A stretch of 63,640 nt of DNA, filler included, from Chiloscyllium plagiosum (Eukaryota): the NCBI RefSeq assembly GCF_004010195.1. It is 4 parts of one record of this genome, joined end to end, with 100 filler letters (N's around TTAATTAATTAA, not from the genome) between each part and the next. Parts side by side here need not be neighbours in the genome. Positions count along the whole stretch, not along the records: positions 42,140 to 55,407 come from NC_057713.1; positions 55,508 to 63,640 come from NC_057713.1; 2 more parts are not named here. One strand, given 5' to 3'. Below, piece after piece: positions 52,201 to 63,640 of the stretch. How positions within the stretch are numbered: position 1 is the first letter of the stretch; each line of letters begins with the position of its first letter. Under the pieces are notes generated by a model. The model had not been told where the DNA came from. It did not search any database and saw nothing but the letters and a program-made list of their open reading frames with translations. Made by a program: the position numbers and the translations under genes.

Positions 52201-52609
52201 TAAAGCTACATGAACAAAACTGGTTGACATCAAATTGATAACTGGCTGCTTTACACTACAAAAATAAACTGATTGCCCTGCAGAAGAACTTAAGGACCTG
52301 CAGGAAAGCTGTGTCTTCAAACAGACAATTAAGGCTAAATGTATACAGGAACAAAGAAGCTACTTTTAATAAGAATCTAAAGAATCATCATGAATATCAC
52401 ATCACAGACCCCAAGGACAAAAATCTGAAGAAACCAACATCTGAACAATTCAGCAGCAGAACTTCAAAGAACAAAACTGCACAAGGATTAAACCTTGGAC
52501 ACTTCCAGAGACAGACACTGGTCAAAATCATAGCTAAATTCCACCATTAATCAGGTCATAGCCAAGCTGAGTTGAGGCTTAACTTGTTTACTTGAGGGGG
52601 TCATATTTT

Positions 52610-53770
52610 GGTTGCTACATGCCACACAGTGTTCAGATGATGCCACACCTTTCAAAACAATGCTGCTGACGTGGCTTCCTTCTTCCATAACAATGGTTTT
52701 CGCTCACTGTGGTTAAGGTGGTCCTCAACTGTGTCAGACCTATCACCCGTACTTCTGCACTCACCCCTTTCCATCACTCACAACAGTGGGATCGGAACCC
52801 CTTGCCCTCACTTTTCATCCCACCAGCCTCTGCATTCAAAAAGATTATGCTCCACTATTTCAGACAACTCCGGCAGAATGCCACGACCAGCACATCTTCC
52901 CCACATGCCCCCATCTGCACTTTGCAGGGATTGTTCCCTCTGGCACACCCTAGTCCATTCCTCTAATCACTAACACGACCCCGCTTCACACAGCATCTTC
53001 CCATGTAACCACAGAAGGTGCAACACCTGCCCCTTCACCTCCTCCCTACTCACCATCAGAGGCCTAAACAGTCTTTCCAAGTGTAGCAGCATTTCACCTC
53101 TATCTCGTCCAATCTTGTGTATTGTATTTGTTGCACCCAATGTGATCTACTCTATATTGGAGAAGCCAAATGCAGGCTGGGTGACCACTTTGCAGAACAC
53201 CTCTGGTCTGTGCGCAAGCATAACACCATCCTTCCCGCAGCTGGCCATTTTAACACAGCGTCCTGCTCACATACTCACGTGTCTGTCCTCAGCATGCTGC
53301 AATGCCCCAGTAAATCACAGTGAAAACTGGAGGAACATCTCATCTTCAGACGAGGCACTTTACAGCTTTCTGGACTTAATATTGAGTTCAACACCTTAAG
53401 ATTGTGAACACACTTCCATTCCTTATCTTTCTTTTAACTGTACTTGTTACATTCTGTCATCATATCCTCTTCCACCTTCCCTTTACCCCAGTGTGACTGC
53501 TTGTTCTTTGCAGTCTGGCAATATTCCGCCGTTCTCACATGACAAAAACTTATTCTGAACTGTCAACATCCTTACTCCCCTGTACCCCACCCCATCCATT
53601 ACCCGCACACCGCCTCCCTCCACAACAAACTATAGCATAAATGCTGTCCCTTCCACACTTCAGCTTAAAACATTAACTTGCTTTCTCTTCATGATGCTGC
53701 CTGACCTGCTGGAGTCTCCAGCATTCTTTGTTTTTAGTACAGATTCCAGCATCTGCAGTAATTTGTTCTT
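52610..53770 (+). mobile_element. Penelope-like element 3' part with GIY-YIG endonuclease remnant
   Basis: YCICCTQCDLLYIGEAKCRLGDHFAEH..AGHFN; ends in the PLE terminal AGATTCCAGCATCTGCAG. Confidence 0.85.
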
Positions 53771-53884
53771 ATAGTTTAAATAATTGTTTCAGTATTTGAT
53801 AGTCTGTGAGATTTCTTAATATTTGCTGAATTAAAGGTAATTTCAAGTGATTTATCCACAAAGCTGTCTTCTTAGGGAACTAGG

Positions 53885-54365
53885 ATTGTGGGTAATCCAA
53901 GATGGAGGACAGAAAAAAAGTGTGCCTTTAAGAGCTGCTCCTTTTGAGGTATTTTAGGTGTTGGAGGTGATTTCCTCAATTTCCAAAAGCATAAATTACT
54001 GTTCTATAAACTGTTCCGTTGTTTTAGAACTTTGAGGAAAGTCACACAACAGCACTTTAAAAAGGAGGAAGAGGGACAAAGACAGAGACCACATGGTCAG
54101 AGAAAGAAACCTACACTGACACAGAAGTGAATCTGCACAGCTACTGCCTTTACTGATTGAGTTCAAGTATCTCTGGATATCATAGTGCCTCTAAGAAAAA
54201 TTTACAGACAGCGAAATTCACAGCTGACCTTGGAGGAACCTGCGTGGGAGAGCTCACAGCACAAGAGAAGCTAAGTGCATAGTTTTTAAGTATAACCTTG
54301 CTGTAAATCTACAACAGTGAGTCGACTGGGTTCATTTTTGATTATATCTTTTGCTGAGATCTGTC
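53885..54365 (+). repeat. Unclassified repeat (LTR-like or LINE 5' UTR-like)
   Basis: Begins near a YY1-like CAAGATGG; no coding similarity seen. Confidence 0.3.
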
Positions 54366-54371
54366 TATATT

Positions 54372-54728
54372 ATTTTATAAAATCATGAGGAACATGGATG
54401 TGGTAAATAGACAAGATCTTTTCCCTGGGGTGAGGGTGTCCAGAACTAGAAGGCATAGGTTTAGGGTGAGGGGGAAAAAAATTTAAAAGGGGCCTAAAGG
54501 ACAACATTTTCATGCAGAAGGCGGTATGTGTATGGAATGAGCTGCTGGAGGCTGATACAATTACAGCATTTAAAAAGCATCTGGATGGGCACATGAATAG
54601 GAAGGGTTGAGAGAGATATGGGCCAAGTGCTGGCAAATGGGACTAGTTTAATTTAGGATATCTGGTCAGTACGGATGAGTTGGACCAAAGGATCTGTTTC
54701 CGTGCTGTACAGTACACCTCTATGACTT
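54372..54728 (+). mobile_element. CR1/HER1 3' end
   Basis: Complementary to 44335-44700. Confidence 0.85.
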
Positions 54729-55130
54729 TAGTCAGAAGATGACAAGTAGTGATATCAGTAAGACAGCTATCAGCCTGAAGAAACTGGATACATAACACCC
54801 AACCAATCAGAGAGATCATATGCTTTCATGTGTTCATATACCAGTGTTTCAGGGATGCCACTGACCATGCAAAGGAGCAGCGGTTAGCAAGGGTTCATAA
54901 GCAATACCTCTGTGGATGGGTGTGTAGAAGGAGAAGCAGAAGACCAAGATCAGTCAAAAGAACATAACAAGGGACAGGTACCCAGTTAACCAGAATTAAT
55001 GAGTTGATATCCCAATTCATCCCATTCCCCACATGAAGGTAGTCTTTCATACTTACTGTTCTTCATGAACTCCAGTCTCTTTAAATGCTGATATATATGA
55101 AAAGTATATTTTTGAAATATAAAAAAAAAG

Positions 55131-55407
55131 AGCCATTTCTCTCGGTCAGATCCACTGATGTCAAGTCGGTGTTCTTCTCCGACCACTGCCTCCTGCTGGT
55201 CGACTGTCACCTACAGGACGAGCAGTGGGCTGGTAAGGGAACGTGGAAGCTGAACACCAAACTGTTGACCCTGGGAAACATTGAGGAGCTCAAGAGGGAC
55301 TACGCAGGTTGGAGAACCATGAAGCCCCTCTTTGAGTCCCCAGCGGACTGGTGGGAAACAGTAAAAGGGAACATTAAGGTTCTTCATCCTCAAAGGTGTT
55401 CAGGAGG
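55131..55407 (+). mobile_element. L1/Tx1-clade LINE endonuclease C-terminal fragment
   Basis: SVFFSDHCLLL..GKGTWKLNTKLL..WWETVK (SDH and WKLN motifs); CpG-rich, so probably young; runs into a linker. Confidence 0.8.
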
Positions 55408-55507
55408 NNNNNNNNNNNNNNNNNNNNNNNNNNNNNNNNNNNNNNNNNNNNTTAATTAATTAANNNNNNNNNNNNNNNNNNNNNNNNNNNNNNNNNNNNN
55501 NNNNNNN
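55408..55507. other. Artificial 100-bp linker/gap
   Basis: 44 N + TTAATTAATTAA + 44 N. Confidence 0.95.
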
Positions 55508-55782
55508 TCGGCCGCCCTCTTCCCTTTAACAAGGGATTCCAATTCCTTATTAAATCACGGCTCCCTCACACGACCCTTTCCTCCCTGCCTGACGGGTACA
55601 TACTTATCAAGGACACTCAATAGTTGCTCCTTGAACAAGCTCCACATATCAATTGTGCCCATGCCTTGAAGCCTACTTTTCCAAGCCACGCATCCTCGGT
55701 CGTGCCTCACCGCATCATAATTTCCCTGCCCCCAGCTATAACTCTTGCCCTGCAGTGCACACCTATCCCTCTCTATCACTAG
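55508..55782 (-). mobile_element. CR1 ORF2 fragment
   Basis: WGQGNYDAVR..MWSLFKEQLLSVLDKYVPVR, homologous to 13590-13830. Confidence 0.85.
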
Positions 55783-56231
55783 AATTTGTTCCCTATTTTC
55801 CTCCCTCTTTTTTTTTCTTCCCTTCTTTAATCTTCCTCTTTCATCAGAACTTGCACTGCAGTACATTTCCACTGGGATCTACAATGCTCCAAGAAAACTG
55901 TTTCAAATACCCAATTTGCAGGCAGCAGGCATGTGAGAGTACAAGCAAGCCCACACTGTACTGTGTTTTGATCATTCCTTCATTTTCCTGGAGTTAAACT
56001 CTTGCAACTCCATCCCTAACATCTCTGTGGGATTGCCTTCACTGTGTGTGCTGCAGCAATTGATGAAGGTGGTTTACCAAGACTTCTCAAAAGACAATGA
56101 AGGTGACAAAAAATGGCCAGCGATTGATACAATCCCCAAATAATTGACATAACTTACAACCATTGCCACTGAGTGTTGCCAAGAGCAATATTCTTGGGGA
56201 GGTGAAGGAGTTTTTAAGTAGATTAAATCAA

Positions 56232-56543
56232 ACGGCTCAGTGGTTAACACTGCAGCCTCACAGCATCAGGGTTCCAGGTTCAATTCCAGCCTTGGGCGTC
56301 TCTCTGTGTGGAGTTTGCACATTCTCCCTGTGTCTGCGTGGGTTTCCTCTGGATGCTCCGGTTTCCTCCCACAGTCCAAAGATGTGCAGGTTAGATGAAT
56401 TTGGCCATGCCAAATTGCCCGTAGTGTTAGGTGCATTAGTCAGAGGGAGATGGGTCTGGGTGGGTTACTCTTTGGAGGGTCCGTGTGAACCTTTTGGGCC
56501 GAAGGGCCTGTTTCCACACTGTAGGGAATCTAATCTAATCTAA
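56232..56543 (+). mobile_element. HE1 SINE
   Basis: A/B boxes, V core and (AATCT)3 tail. Confidence 0.9.
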
Positions 56544-56754
56544 ACTGTAGGCAGACTAATGTTGGTGCATGTGCACCTTATAACAGGATAGTTAATTATT
56601 ATTTTCACTCCACTCACTAACTCAGGAAAGCCAATGTCTGTGTTACTAATTTCCACCGAATGTGGTCGAGGAAATAGTTCTCTTGTATTTGTGCCACAAG
56701 TTCTATCTTTTCCTTTGGTTTTGAATTACTAACTTGATTCTTCTACAATGAAGT

Positions 56755-58050
56755 TATAGAGTCATTGAGTCCTACAGGGACTTTGGCCCCAACTGGTCCA
56801 TGTGACCAAAATGTTCATCAATGCTAGCCCCACTTCCATGCACTTGACCTCTATCCTTCTAAAACTTTCCTGTCCAGGTATTTGTCCAAATGCTGTTTAA
56901 ATGTTCTTAATGTACCCACCTCAACCACTTCCACTGGCAGCTCATTCCATATGTGCACCACCCTCTGTGTAAAAGAAAAAGTTGCCCCTCAGCTTCCCTT
57001 TTATTCTTTCCCCTGTAACGTTAAACTGATGCCCTGTAGTCCTTGATTCCCCATTCCTGGGAAAAAGAATAAATGTAGTCACCCTATCCTTGCCTCTGTA
57101 AGGACCGCCCTCAGTCTCCTGCACTTCAAAAAAACAAGTCCTAACTTGTCTAACCTCTGCCTATAACTCAGACCACTGAGTTCAGGTACCGTTCTTGTAA
57201 ATTTCTTCTGCATTCTTTCCAGTTTAATAATATCCTTCCAATAGCAAGGCAACCAAAACTGTACACAAGACTCTAAGTGCAGCCTCACCAACATCCTGTA
57301 CAACTACAACATAACTTCCTAACATCTGAACTCAGTGCCTTGACTGACGAAGGCCAGTGTGCCAAAAACTTCCTTCACTGCCCTGTCTACCTGTGACTCC
57401 ACTTTCAGAGAACCGTGCACCTGAACTCTAAGGTCCCTCTGTTCCACTACACTCCTTAAGGCCCTACTATTCACCATGAAACTCTGACCTTGATTTGCCT
57501 TTCCAAAATGCAAGACCTCACACCTAACTATATTAAACTCCATTTGCCATTTCTGAGCCCACTTCCCTAGCTGATCAAGGTCCTGCTGCAATTTCTGATA
57601 AGCTTCGTCACTCTCTATGATACCTCCTATTTTAGTGTCATTAGCAAATTTACTAATCATGCCTTGTATATTCTCATCCAAAGCATTGATGAGAAACAGC
57701 AATGGGCCCAGCACTGACCCCTGAGGCACTCCACTAGTCACAGGTCTCCAGTCTGACAAGCATCCTTCCAGTATTACTCTCTCTGCTTCCTACCATCAAA
57801 TCAGTTGTGTATCCAATTTGCCAGTATCCCTTGGATTCCATGCGATCTAGCTTTCTAGAGCAGCCTACCATGTGTAACCTTATCAAAGGCCTTACTGAAA
57901 TCCATATAGACTACCAGTACCACCCTTCCCTCGTCAGCCTTCCTGGTCACTTCATCAAAGAACTCTAACAAATTTGTGAGGCATGATCTCCTACTCACAA
58001 AGCCATGCTGACTGTTCCTAATCAAACCCTGTCTTTTCCAAATGCAAGTC
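56755..58050 (-). mobile_element. CR1 RT and 3' end
   Basis: [24 protein letters not shown] and LESCVQFWLP. Confidence 0.9.
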
Positions 58051-58734
58051 CTTTATCATGGGTTGCTGATCACTTCGTGTCAGAGTTGCCATGGTAAAGT
58101 GTACTTTTTATGTGCAGTTTATATCCTGAAAATGTCGATGGTGATGATTGAATATCCAACTTTCTTTCCATTATGCGCAAACTAGAGTGGGGTGTGTTGG
58201 AAGGATTAACAAGGTAATATTTTCCCATATCATACTCCAGGTGCCACATCTTTGTGCACTCACTTAATCCCTTTGCAGACTCTTCATGCCCTCTGAGTCT
58301 TATCCACTATCTATCTTGATAACATCAGCAAAGTTCCTGCCGATGTGTTTGGTCCTTTCATTCAAGTTACCAATGTAGATTGTAATTTTTTTGGTGCTGC
58401 ACGGATCCTTGAGGGACTGTCAATTGTTGCATCTTGCCAACCCAGAAGTGACCCATTTATGCCAATTTTCTGTTTCCTATTAGCCCTGCAATTCTTTATC
58501 CATGCCAATATACCATGAACTTAATTTTTGTACAATAACTTTGAGATGAGATAAGGCTCAGAAGAGATTTTCTGGATGGAATTCCAGAGCTACTGGCCTA
58601 GCAAGTAACTGAGTGCCCGGCTGCCAATGGTGGAGCAGGTTAATTTGAAAGGCTGCAGGTATATCACGGATGTGGAGCTGAGGAGGTTAGAGATAAGGCG
58701 GGACATAGCAAATTTGGCCCTGTTGACTCGCCAA

Positions 58735-59014
58735 TAAGACGTTAAATTGATGCCTCATCTGCCCTCTCTGGGAATGTAAAAAAACAAAATTCCACGACAC
58801 TCCTAAGAAGAGTGAGGGGAGTTATTCTGGGTTTCCTGGCCATAGATATTCCCTCAACTAATTTCACTGGCAGTTAATCTGATCATAATGACATCGCCAT
58901 GTAGTCCAACAGTCAGAAATGTTTCCTATGTCACAGCAGTGACCACCCTTCAGAAGTGCTGGGCTGCAAAATGCTTTGGTACTTCCTAAGGCATAAAAGG
59001 TGCTGAATAAATGC
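58735..59014 (+). mobile_element. DeuSINE-like old SINE
   Basis: Complementary to 10650-10900; ends AAAGGTGCTGAATAAATGC. Confidence 0.55.
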
Positions 59015-59018
59015 GTGA

Positions 59019-59174
59019 CGGTCTCTCTGTCGGTCTCTCTGTCGGTCTCTCTGTCGGTCTCTCTGTCGGTCTCTCTGTCGGTCTCTCTGTCGGTCTCTCT
59101 GTCGGTCTCTCTGTCGGTCTCTCTGTCGGTCTCTCTGTCGGTCTCTCTGTCGGTCTCTCTGTCGGTCTCTCTGT
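59019..59174. repeat. Perfect minisatellite (CGGTCTCTCTGT)13, followed by degenerate TC/TG repeats to about 59260
   Basis: Read directly from the sequence. Confidence 0.95.
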
Positions 59175-60009
59175 CGGTGTCTGTCTCTCTGTCTGTCTGT
59201 GTCTGTCTCTCTGTCTCTCTCTCTCTCTCTCTCAGTGTCTGAATGTGTCTCTCTGTCTGTCCCCATACATCATCTGATTTGGAATGATATCCCTGTCCCT
59301 TCATTGTCATTGGGTCACAATTCTGAACTCCCCTCCACTGTCCGTACACCACATGGATTGCAGTTTTCACCAACACTTGCCTGAGAGCAATTAGTGGTGG
59401 GCCAACAAGTGCTAGCTCTGTCATCAAGGCTGACATTCCATTGCAAAAATAGAAAGTGGGCGTGCTGAGTGATTTGTTTTTCTTTATTGCATAAAATTAC
59501 CTGGAATACACAGAAGATAATGTTCAATTTAATTACAGACCCTGAACCATTTTCTCTTCCAGTCTACTTCCTCTTTCACCTTTTTGTTTCCTTTGCTTGA
59601 TTTCTCATTTTCTTCACTGTTTATACATTCAATTAATGTAACTAATTTTAGATTATAACTATCACATGAATGAAGTAAAAAACACCTTTTTTTTTCTTAA
59701 ATGGTTTGTCATTCAAGTTATTGATTTTTGTTGCCAGATTAAAATTCCCTCCCCCTTTATTTTGTCAAAAGAAAACATCGTCATTAAAATTTATGTTTAG
59801 GTTTTTGTTCTGAAGAAAGCGTTGCTTCACCGTTTGTTTTGCTGCTTTGAGCCAGTTTGTATTTTCAGATTTTTAATTTAAATTGTTGAGGTTGCTTTTC
59901 CAAAGAAAAATTCCAGTGTCTGACCTTTGAATTGTGTCCCATCTCTTCCTTCTTTATTCTGTGCAGTAATGCCTTTTCCTCTGTGTGCAGCAAGAGGAGA
60001 AAAAAGTTT

Positions 60010-60352
60010 CCCATCCATATAGCAGCTTTTACAGAGTCAGGCTGTCTAAAGTGTTTTATATGCCTTTGGAAATATAGTCAGTGAGATAATGTAGGCAATA
60101 TGATAGCCAATTTGTGCATAGGAAGATCTCACAAACAGCAATGTGATAATTACTGGATAACCTGTGTTTTCTTTGAAAGATTGATTTGAGGGGTAAATAT
60201 TAGCCATGGGTTAATATTATAGGGTAGATGAGACTTCAGCTTACCATCTCACTGGAAGATGGCACCACCCTCACTACTGCACTGGAGTGTCAACTTCAGT
60301 TTATATTCTTGAATTCTGGAGTGGGACTAGAACGCACAACCTTCTGAATCAG
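60010..60352 (-). mobile_element. DeuSINE-like old SINE
   Basis: CTCACAAACAGCAATG..GAAGATGGCACC..GCACTGGAGTGTCA, same orientation as 10650-11395. Confidence 0.55.
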
Positions 60353-60631
60353 ATTTTTAGATTTGATTCATTGTTGTGACATGTGTCTAAGTACAGTGAA
60401 AATTTTTTTTTTGTTTTGTGTGCATTACAGGCTGATCATAATATACAAAGATCACCAGGTAATTGGTCAGAGTGAGAAAAATAATGTTACAGCTGCAAAG
60501 ATTTGTACAAAAAGCAAGATCAGTGTCAGGTTTGACATTTTGAGAGGTGCATTTCAAACCTGCAAGTAGATTTAAGAGAACATTCTTAGTAATTTTTTTT
60601 CAGACTTAGAGTTGTGGTTTAAAAGTGCAGA

Positions 60632-60943
60632 GCGGGCACGGTGGCACAGTGGTTAGCACTGCTGCCTCGCAGCGCCAGAGACCCGGGTTCAATTCCCACC
60701 TCAGGCGACTGACTGTGTGGAGTTTGCACGTTCTCCCCATGTCTGCGTGGGTTTCCTCCGGGTGCTCCGGTTTCCTCCCACAATCCAAAGATGTGCAGGT
60801 CAGGTGAATTGGCCTTGCTAAATTGCCCGTAGTGTTAGGTAAGGGGCAAATGTAGGGGTATGGGTGGGTTGCACTTCGGCGGGTCGGTGTGGACTTGTTG
60901 GGCCAAAGGGCCTGTTTCCACACTGTAATATAATCTAATCTAA
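60632..60943 (+). mobile_element. Young HE1 SINE
   Basis: GGGCACGGTGGCACAGTGGTTAGC, GGTTCAATTCC, intact V core with CpGs retained, AATCT tail. Confidence 0.92.
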
Positions 60944-61039
60944 AAAGCGATTGTAAGAAGTGTGAGAATAAGATCTGTTGTTGAAAGCTCGCAAAGAGTC
61001 GCTCTGTGTTGGCACCATCTTGAATCCCACCAACTAAGC

Positions 61040-61830
61040 AGCGAAAAGACAGAAATGTAAACTGTCAATGCTGAAAATACTCAGACATGGAAGCTGTGGA
61101 GAGAGGAATAAAAGTTAACATTTCAGATCGAGGGCCTTCCTTAAAAAATGAAGAAAGACGAAAAAAATGTAAAAGGGTTTGAGCAAGTGGAAAATGGCAG
61201 GGGATTGGAGTAACACATGTGAAGACCTGGTGAGTGGCGGGGTATGATAAATCTCACAAGATCTCGTGGCACAAGAGATGAAGGGAGTGGTAATGACTGT
61301 CATAAACAAACAAAGCACTTGCTCAAGGTGGGAGTAAATGGAAGAATTCAGAACAGTTGTGCCTCTATGCAAGAGCCAGAAAAATTAGATTAAGGCTAAC
61401 ACGCCAAATGAAAAGAAACCATGAGGAGCAAATTACTGTCTAAAGTTGTTGACTTGCATGTAGAGAAGGCTGGCAAGATGCTTTTCTCTGGGTTTGCCGT
61501 GTGTTTCATCTTCATCTTCGTGCTGCAGTGTTCAGGAGGTGACCATTGGAAAGTAAGGTGAACAATTAAAGTGACAGACCCTAGAAGCTCAGAGGTTGAA
61601 CTGAAGTGTTCCACAATGGGTAAGTGCTGGGTCATAGTCTTCACTTGGTTTTTGCAATGTAGAGGCAATTATGCTCCCAATACAGTAAACCAGATTGCAA
61701 GAAATACATTTAACTCAATAACTCAGCCTTAAGGTGGTGTTTGGAATTTTAGATCAAGCAAAGAGAGGTGTCCCATCCTCAGCGTGGCATGGAAAGGTGC
61801 TCTGAGAAGGGGCAAGGTGTTAAGGGTCAT
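61040..61830 (-). mobile_element. Old Penelope-like fragment
   Basis: HLPIVEHF in the minus-strand ORF and a decayed terminal motif near 61115. Confidence 0.5.
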
Positions 61831-61859
61831 CAAGGTCCTCAAGAAAAAGCAAGCATCCA

Positions 61860-62310
61860 AGTTCACTGGATAATAGGGAAGGCAAATGGAGTGTTGGCCT
61901 TTATTTCAAAGGTATAAGAGTAAAACATTAGAGCAATTGTGCAAAAACGTATCCAAGACAGTAGCCAAACCATACCTCCTACCATTGTGAATAGTTTTGG
62001 TTCTTGGACCTAAGGAAAGATATACTGGCTTTTGGAGCATTGCAGAGGGGGTTCACAACCTTAATTCTGATTTGGAAGGACTGCTTCATAAGGAGAGATT
62101 GAGCGGTTTGCATCTGCACTCATCAGAGTTTAGGAGAATAAGAGGTGACCTTATTGAAGCATATAAGATTCTCAAGAGGCTTGACAGTAAATACAAGAGG
62201 TTGTTTCCTGTGCAGAAGAGCCTAGGATCACAGGTACAATGTCGAGTAAGGAATCACCTATTTAAGATAGATGTGATGAGGGATTTTTGTTTTTCTGAAT
62301 GGTGAATGTT
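61860..62310 (+). mobile_element. CR1 RT C-terminal fragment
   Basis: EFRRIRGDLIEAYKILKRLD. Confidence 0.8.
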
Positions 62311-62875
62311 TTTTTCAGTTAGGTTTACTTGAAAAACAAGGTTATGGGGTAGTTTCCCAGCTTCCTCTATGCTCCAATCATCTGCTTGGCCTTCACTATC
62401 TTAATGTTACAATATTTTAAATCGATGAGCAGAAAAATGCTTGAACTTCAGGCCTGAAATTCTTAATTTTAAACCTAGAGTATTCTCATCTCCCTTCAAC
62501 TTCTAAATCCAATTTCTTCCCTAAGCTGTGTTTTACATTTAGTTTTTTTTGACAAAACTTCCCAAAGAAAAAGACTCATTTTGATGTTGGATAAATCTTG
62601 ACTATGCTTAGAATTTCAGCCTATGTTCTACTCCATAGGCTGCAGTTTTAATTCCCTGTTTACGTGTGTATCTTAAGATATTTAAGGCTGTGTTTTTTTT
62701 TCAATTGTTTGCTTCTGAGATGCTTGTCAGTTCTTTTGTAGCTGCTAGTCAACTTTTAACTCTAATTGAACATGTGCATCTGTGATAGATGAGCAGTAGA
62801 GGTTAGTAATATGTGGGTGTGCACACATCAAATTCATCAAAGAATTTCTAAAATTGGTACAGCCCTAAAATGAGG

Positions 62876-63013
62876 TAAAAACAATGACTGCAGATGCTGG
62901 AAACCAGATTCTGGATTAGTGGTGCTGGAAGAACACAGCAGTTCAGGCAGCATCCAGGAAGCTCCTTGGATGCTGCCTGAACTGCTGTGCTCTTCCAGCA
63001 CCACTAATCCAGA
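62876..63013. mobile_element. 138-bp palindromic Penelope-derived insert
   Basis: 17-bp TSD ACAGCCCTAAAATGAGG at 62859-62875 and 63014-63030; 48-bp inverted arms with one mismatch. Confidence 0.85.
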
Positions 63014-63348
63014 ACAGCCCTAAAATGAGGCCACTCGGTATGTTGTGCCTGTGTTACTCTCTGTAAAAGGAACTCACTCCCACTCCCCCACACTTTGCTG
63101 TACTCTTTTTGTCATCCTGTGCATGGCCAATTCCTTTTCGAAGCCATAGTTTGAATGTTCCTCCTCCACGTTTCATATTCTTGCCATCTGTGTACGAATG
63201 TTTTACTTCATATACTTGTTTGGTCCTTTGCCAGTGACTTTGAAGCAGTGCTGGTTCCTGAACCTTGGGTCCATGGGAAGAGATTAACTATTTACTCCAC
63301 CCAGACCCTTCTTGAGTTTGAAAGCCTCCAACAAATCTCCTCTTTTAA

Positions 63349-63475
63349 GGAGAAAGAGAGGACAGCAGATGCTGGAGATCAGAGTTGAGAGTGTGGTGCT
63401 GGAAACGTATAGCAGATCAGGCAGCATCTGAGGAGCAGGAGAATTGACTTTTCGGGCAAAAGCCCTTCATCAGGA
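63349..63475 (-). mobile_element. Penelope-like terminal fragment with hammerhead motif
   Basis: Same family as 10969. Reverse strand CTGATGAAGGGCTTTTGCCCGAAAAGTC. Confidence 0.75.
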
Positions 63476-63640
63476 TCTCCCAGTGGGTCCCACCCACCCT
63501 CTCTCGCTCACCCACCCTCTCTTGCCCTCCCTCCCTCGCCCGCCTGCACACCCTTGCCTGCCCTCCCACTCTCACCTGCCTGCCCGCCCTCCCTTGCCCC
63601 CTCCCTCACCCCCTCCCTCGCCCTCCCGCCCATGCCCTCG

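Noticed and set aside
58864..59436. 190-aa ORF with RETD repeats
   Set aside because: Produced by the stop-free minisatellite.
60632..60700. tRNA-like A and B boxes
   Set aside because: SINE head continuing into the V core; not a tRNA gene.

Overview
Eukaryotic, repeat-dense genomic DNA, almost certainly from a shark: it carries HE1-type tRNA/V-domain SINEs with (AATCT)n tails, HER1/CR1 LINEs, DeuSINE-like copies and Penelope-like elements. The only recognisable host gene is TMEM65 (or a close paralogue) on the minus strand. Five internal coding exons (45, 68, 55, 43, 106 nt) with GT-AG sites splice in frame between 49274 and 35290; I could not find the first or last coding exon. Most ORFs in the supplied track are decayed transposon fragments or noise. 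The most unusual structure is at 522-1335: four short A-tailed, stem-loop-bearing inserts of two families stacked head-to-tail inside a probable solo LTR, bounded and mostly separated by copies of one 14-bp target sequence. This suggests sequence-specific retroelements repeatedly hitting an LTR promoter. Also present are minimal hammerhead-ribozyme motifs in Penelope termini, two fold-back Penelope derivatives with long TSDs in TMEM65 introns, a solo LTR nested in a long CR1, Tigger, Harbinger, Gypsy and Tx1 fossils, a CpG-retaining patch in intron 4, and three artificial N44-TTAATTAATTAA-N44 linkers. Repeat family names come from recognition by eye, not a database search, and repeat boundaries are approximate unless a TSD is quoted.
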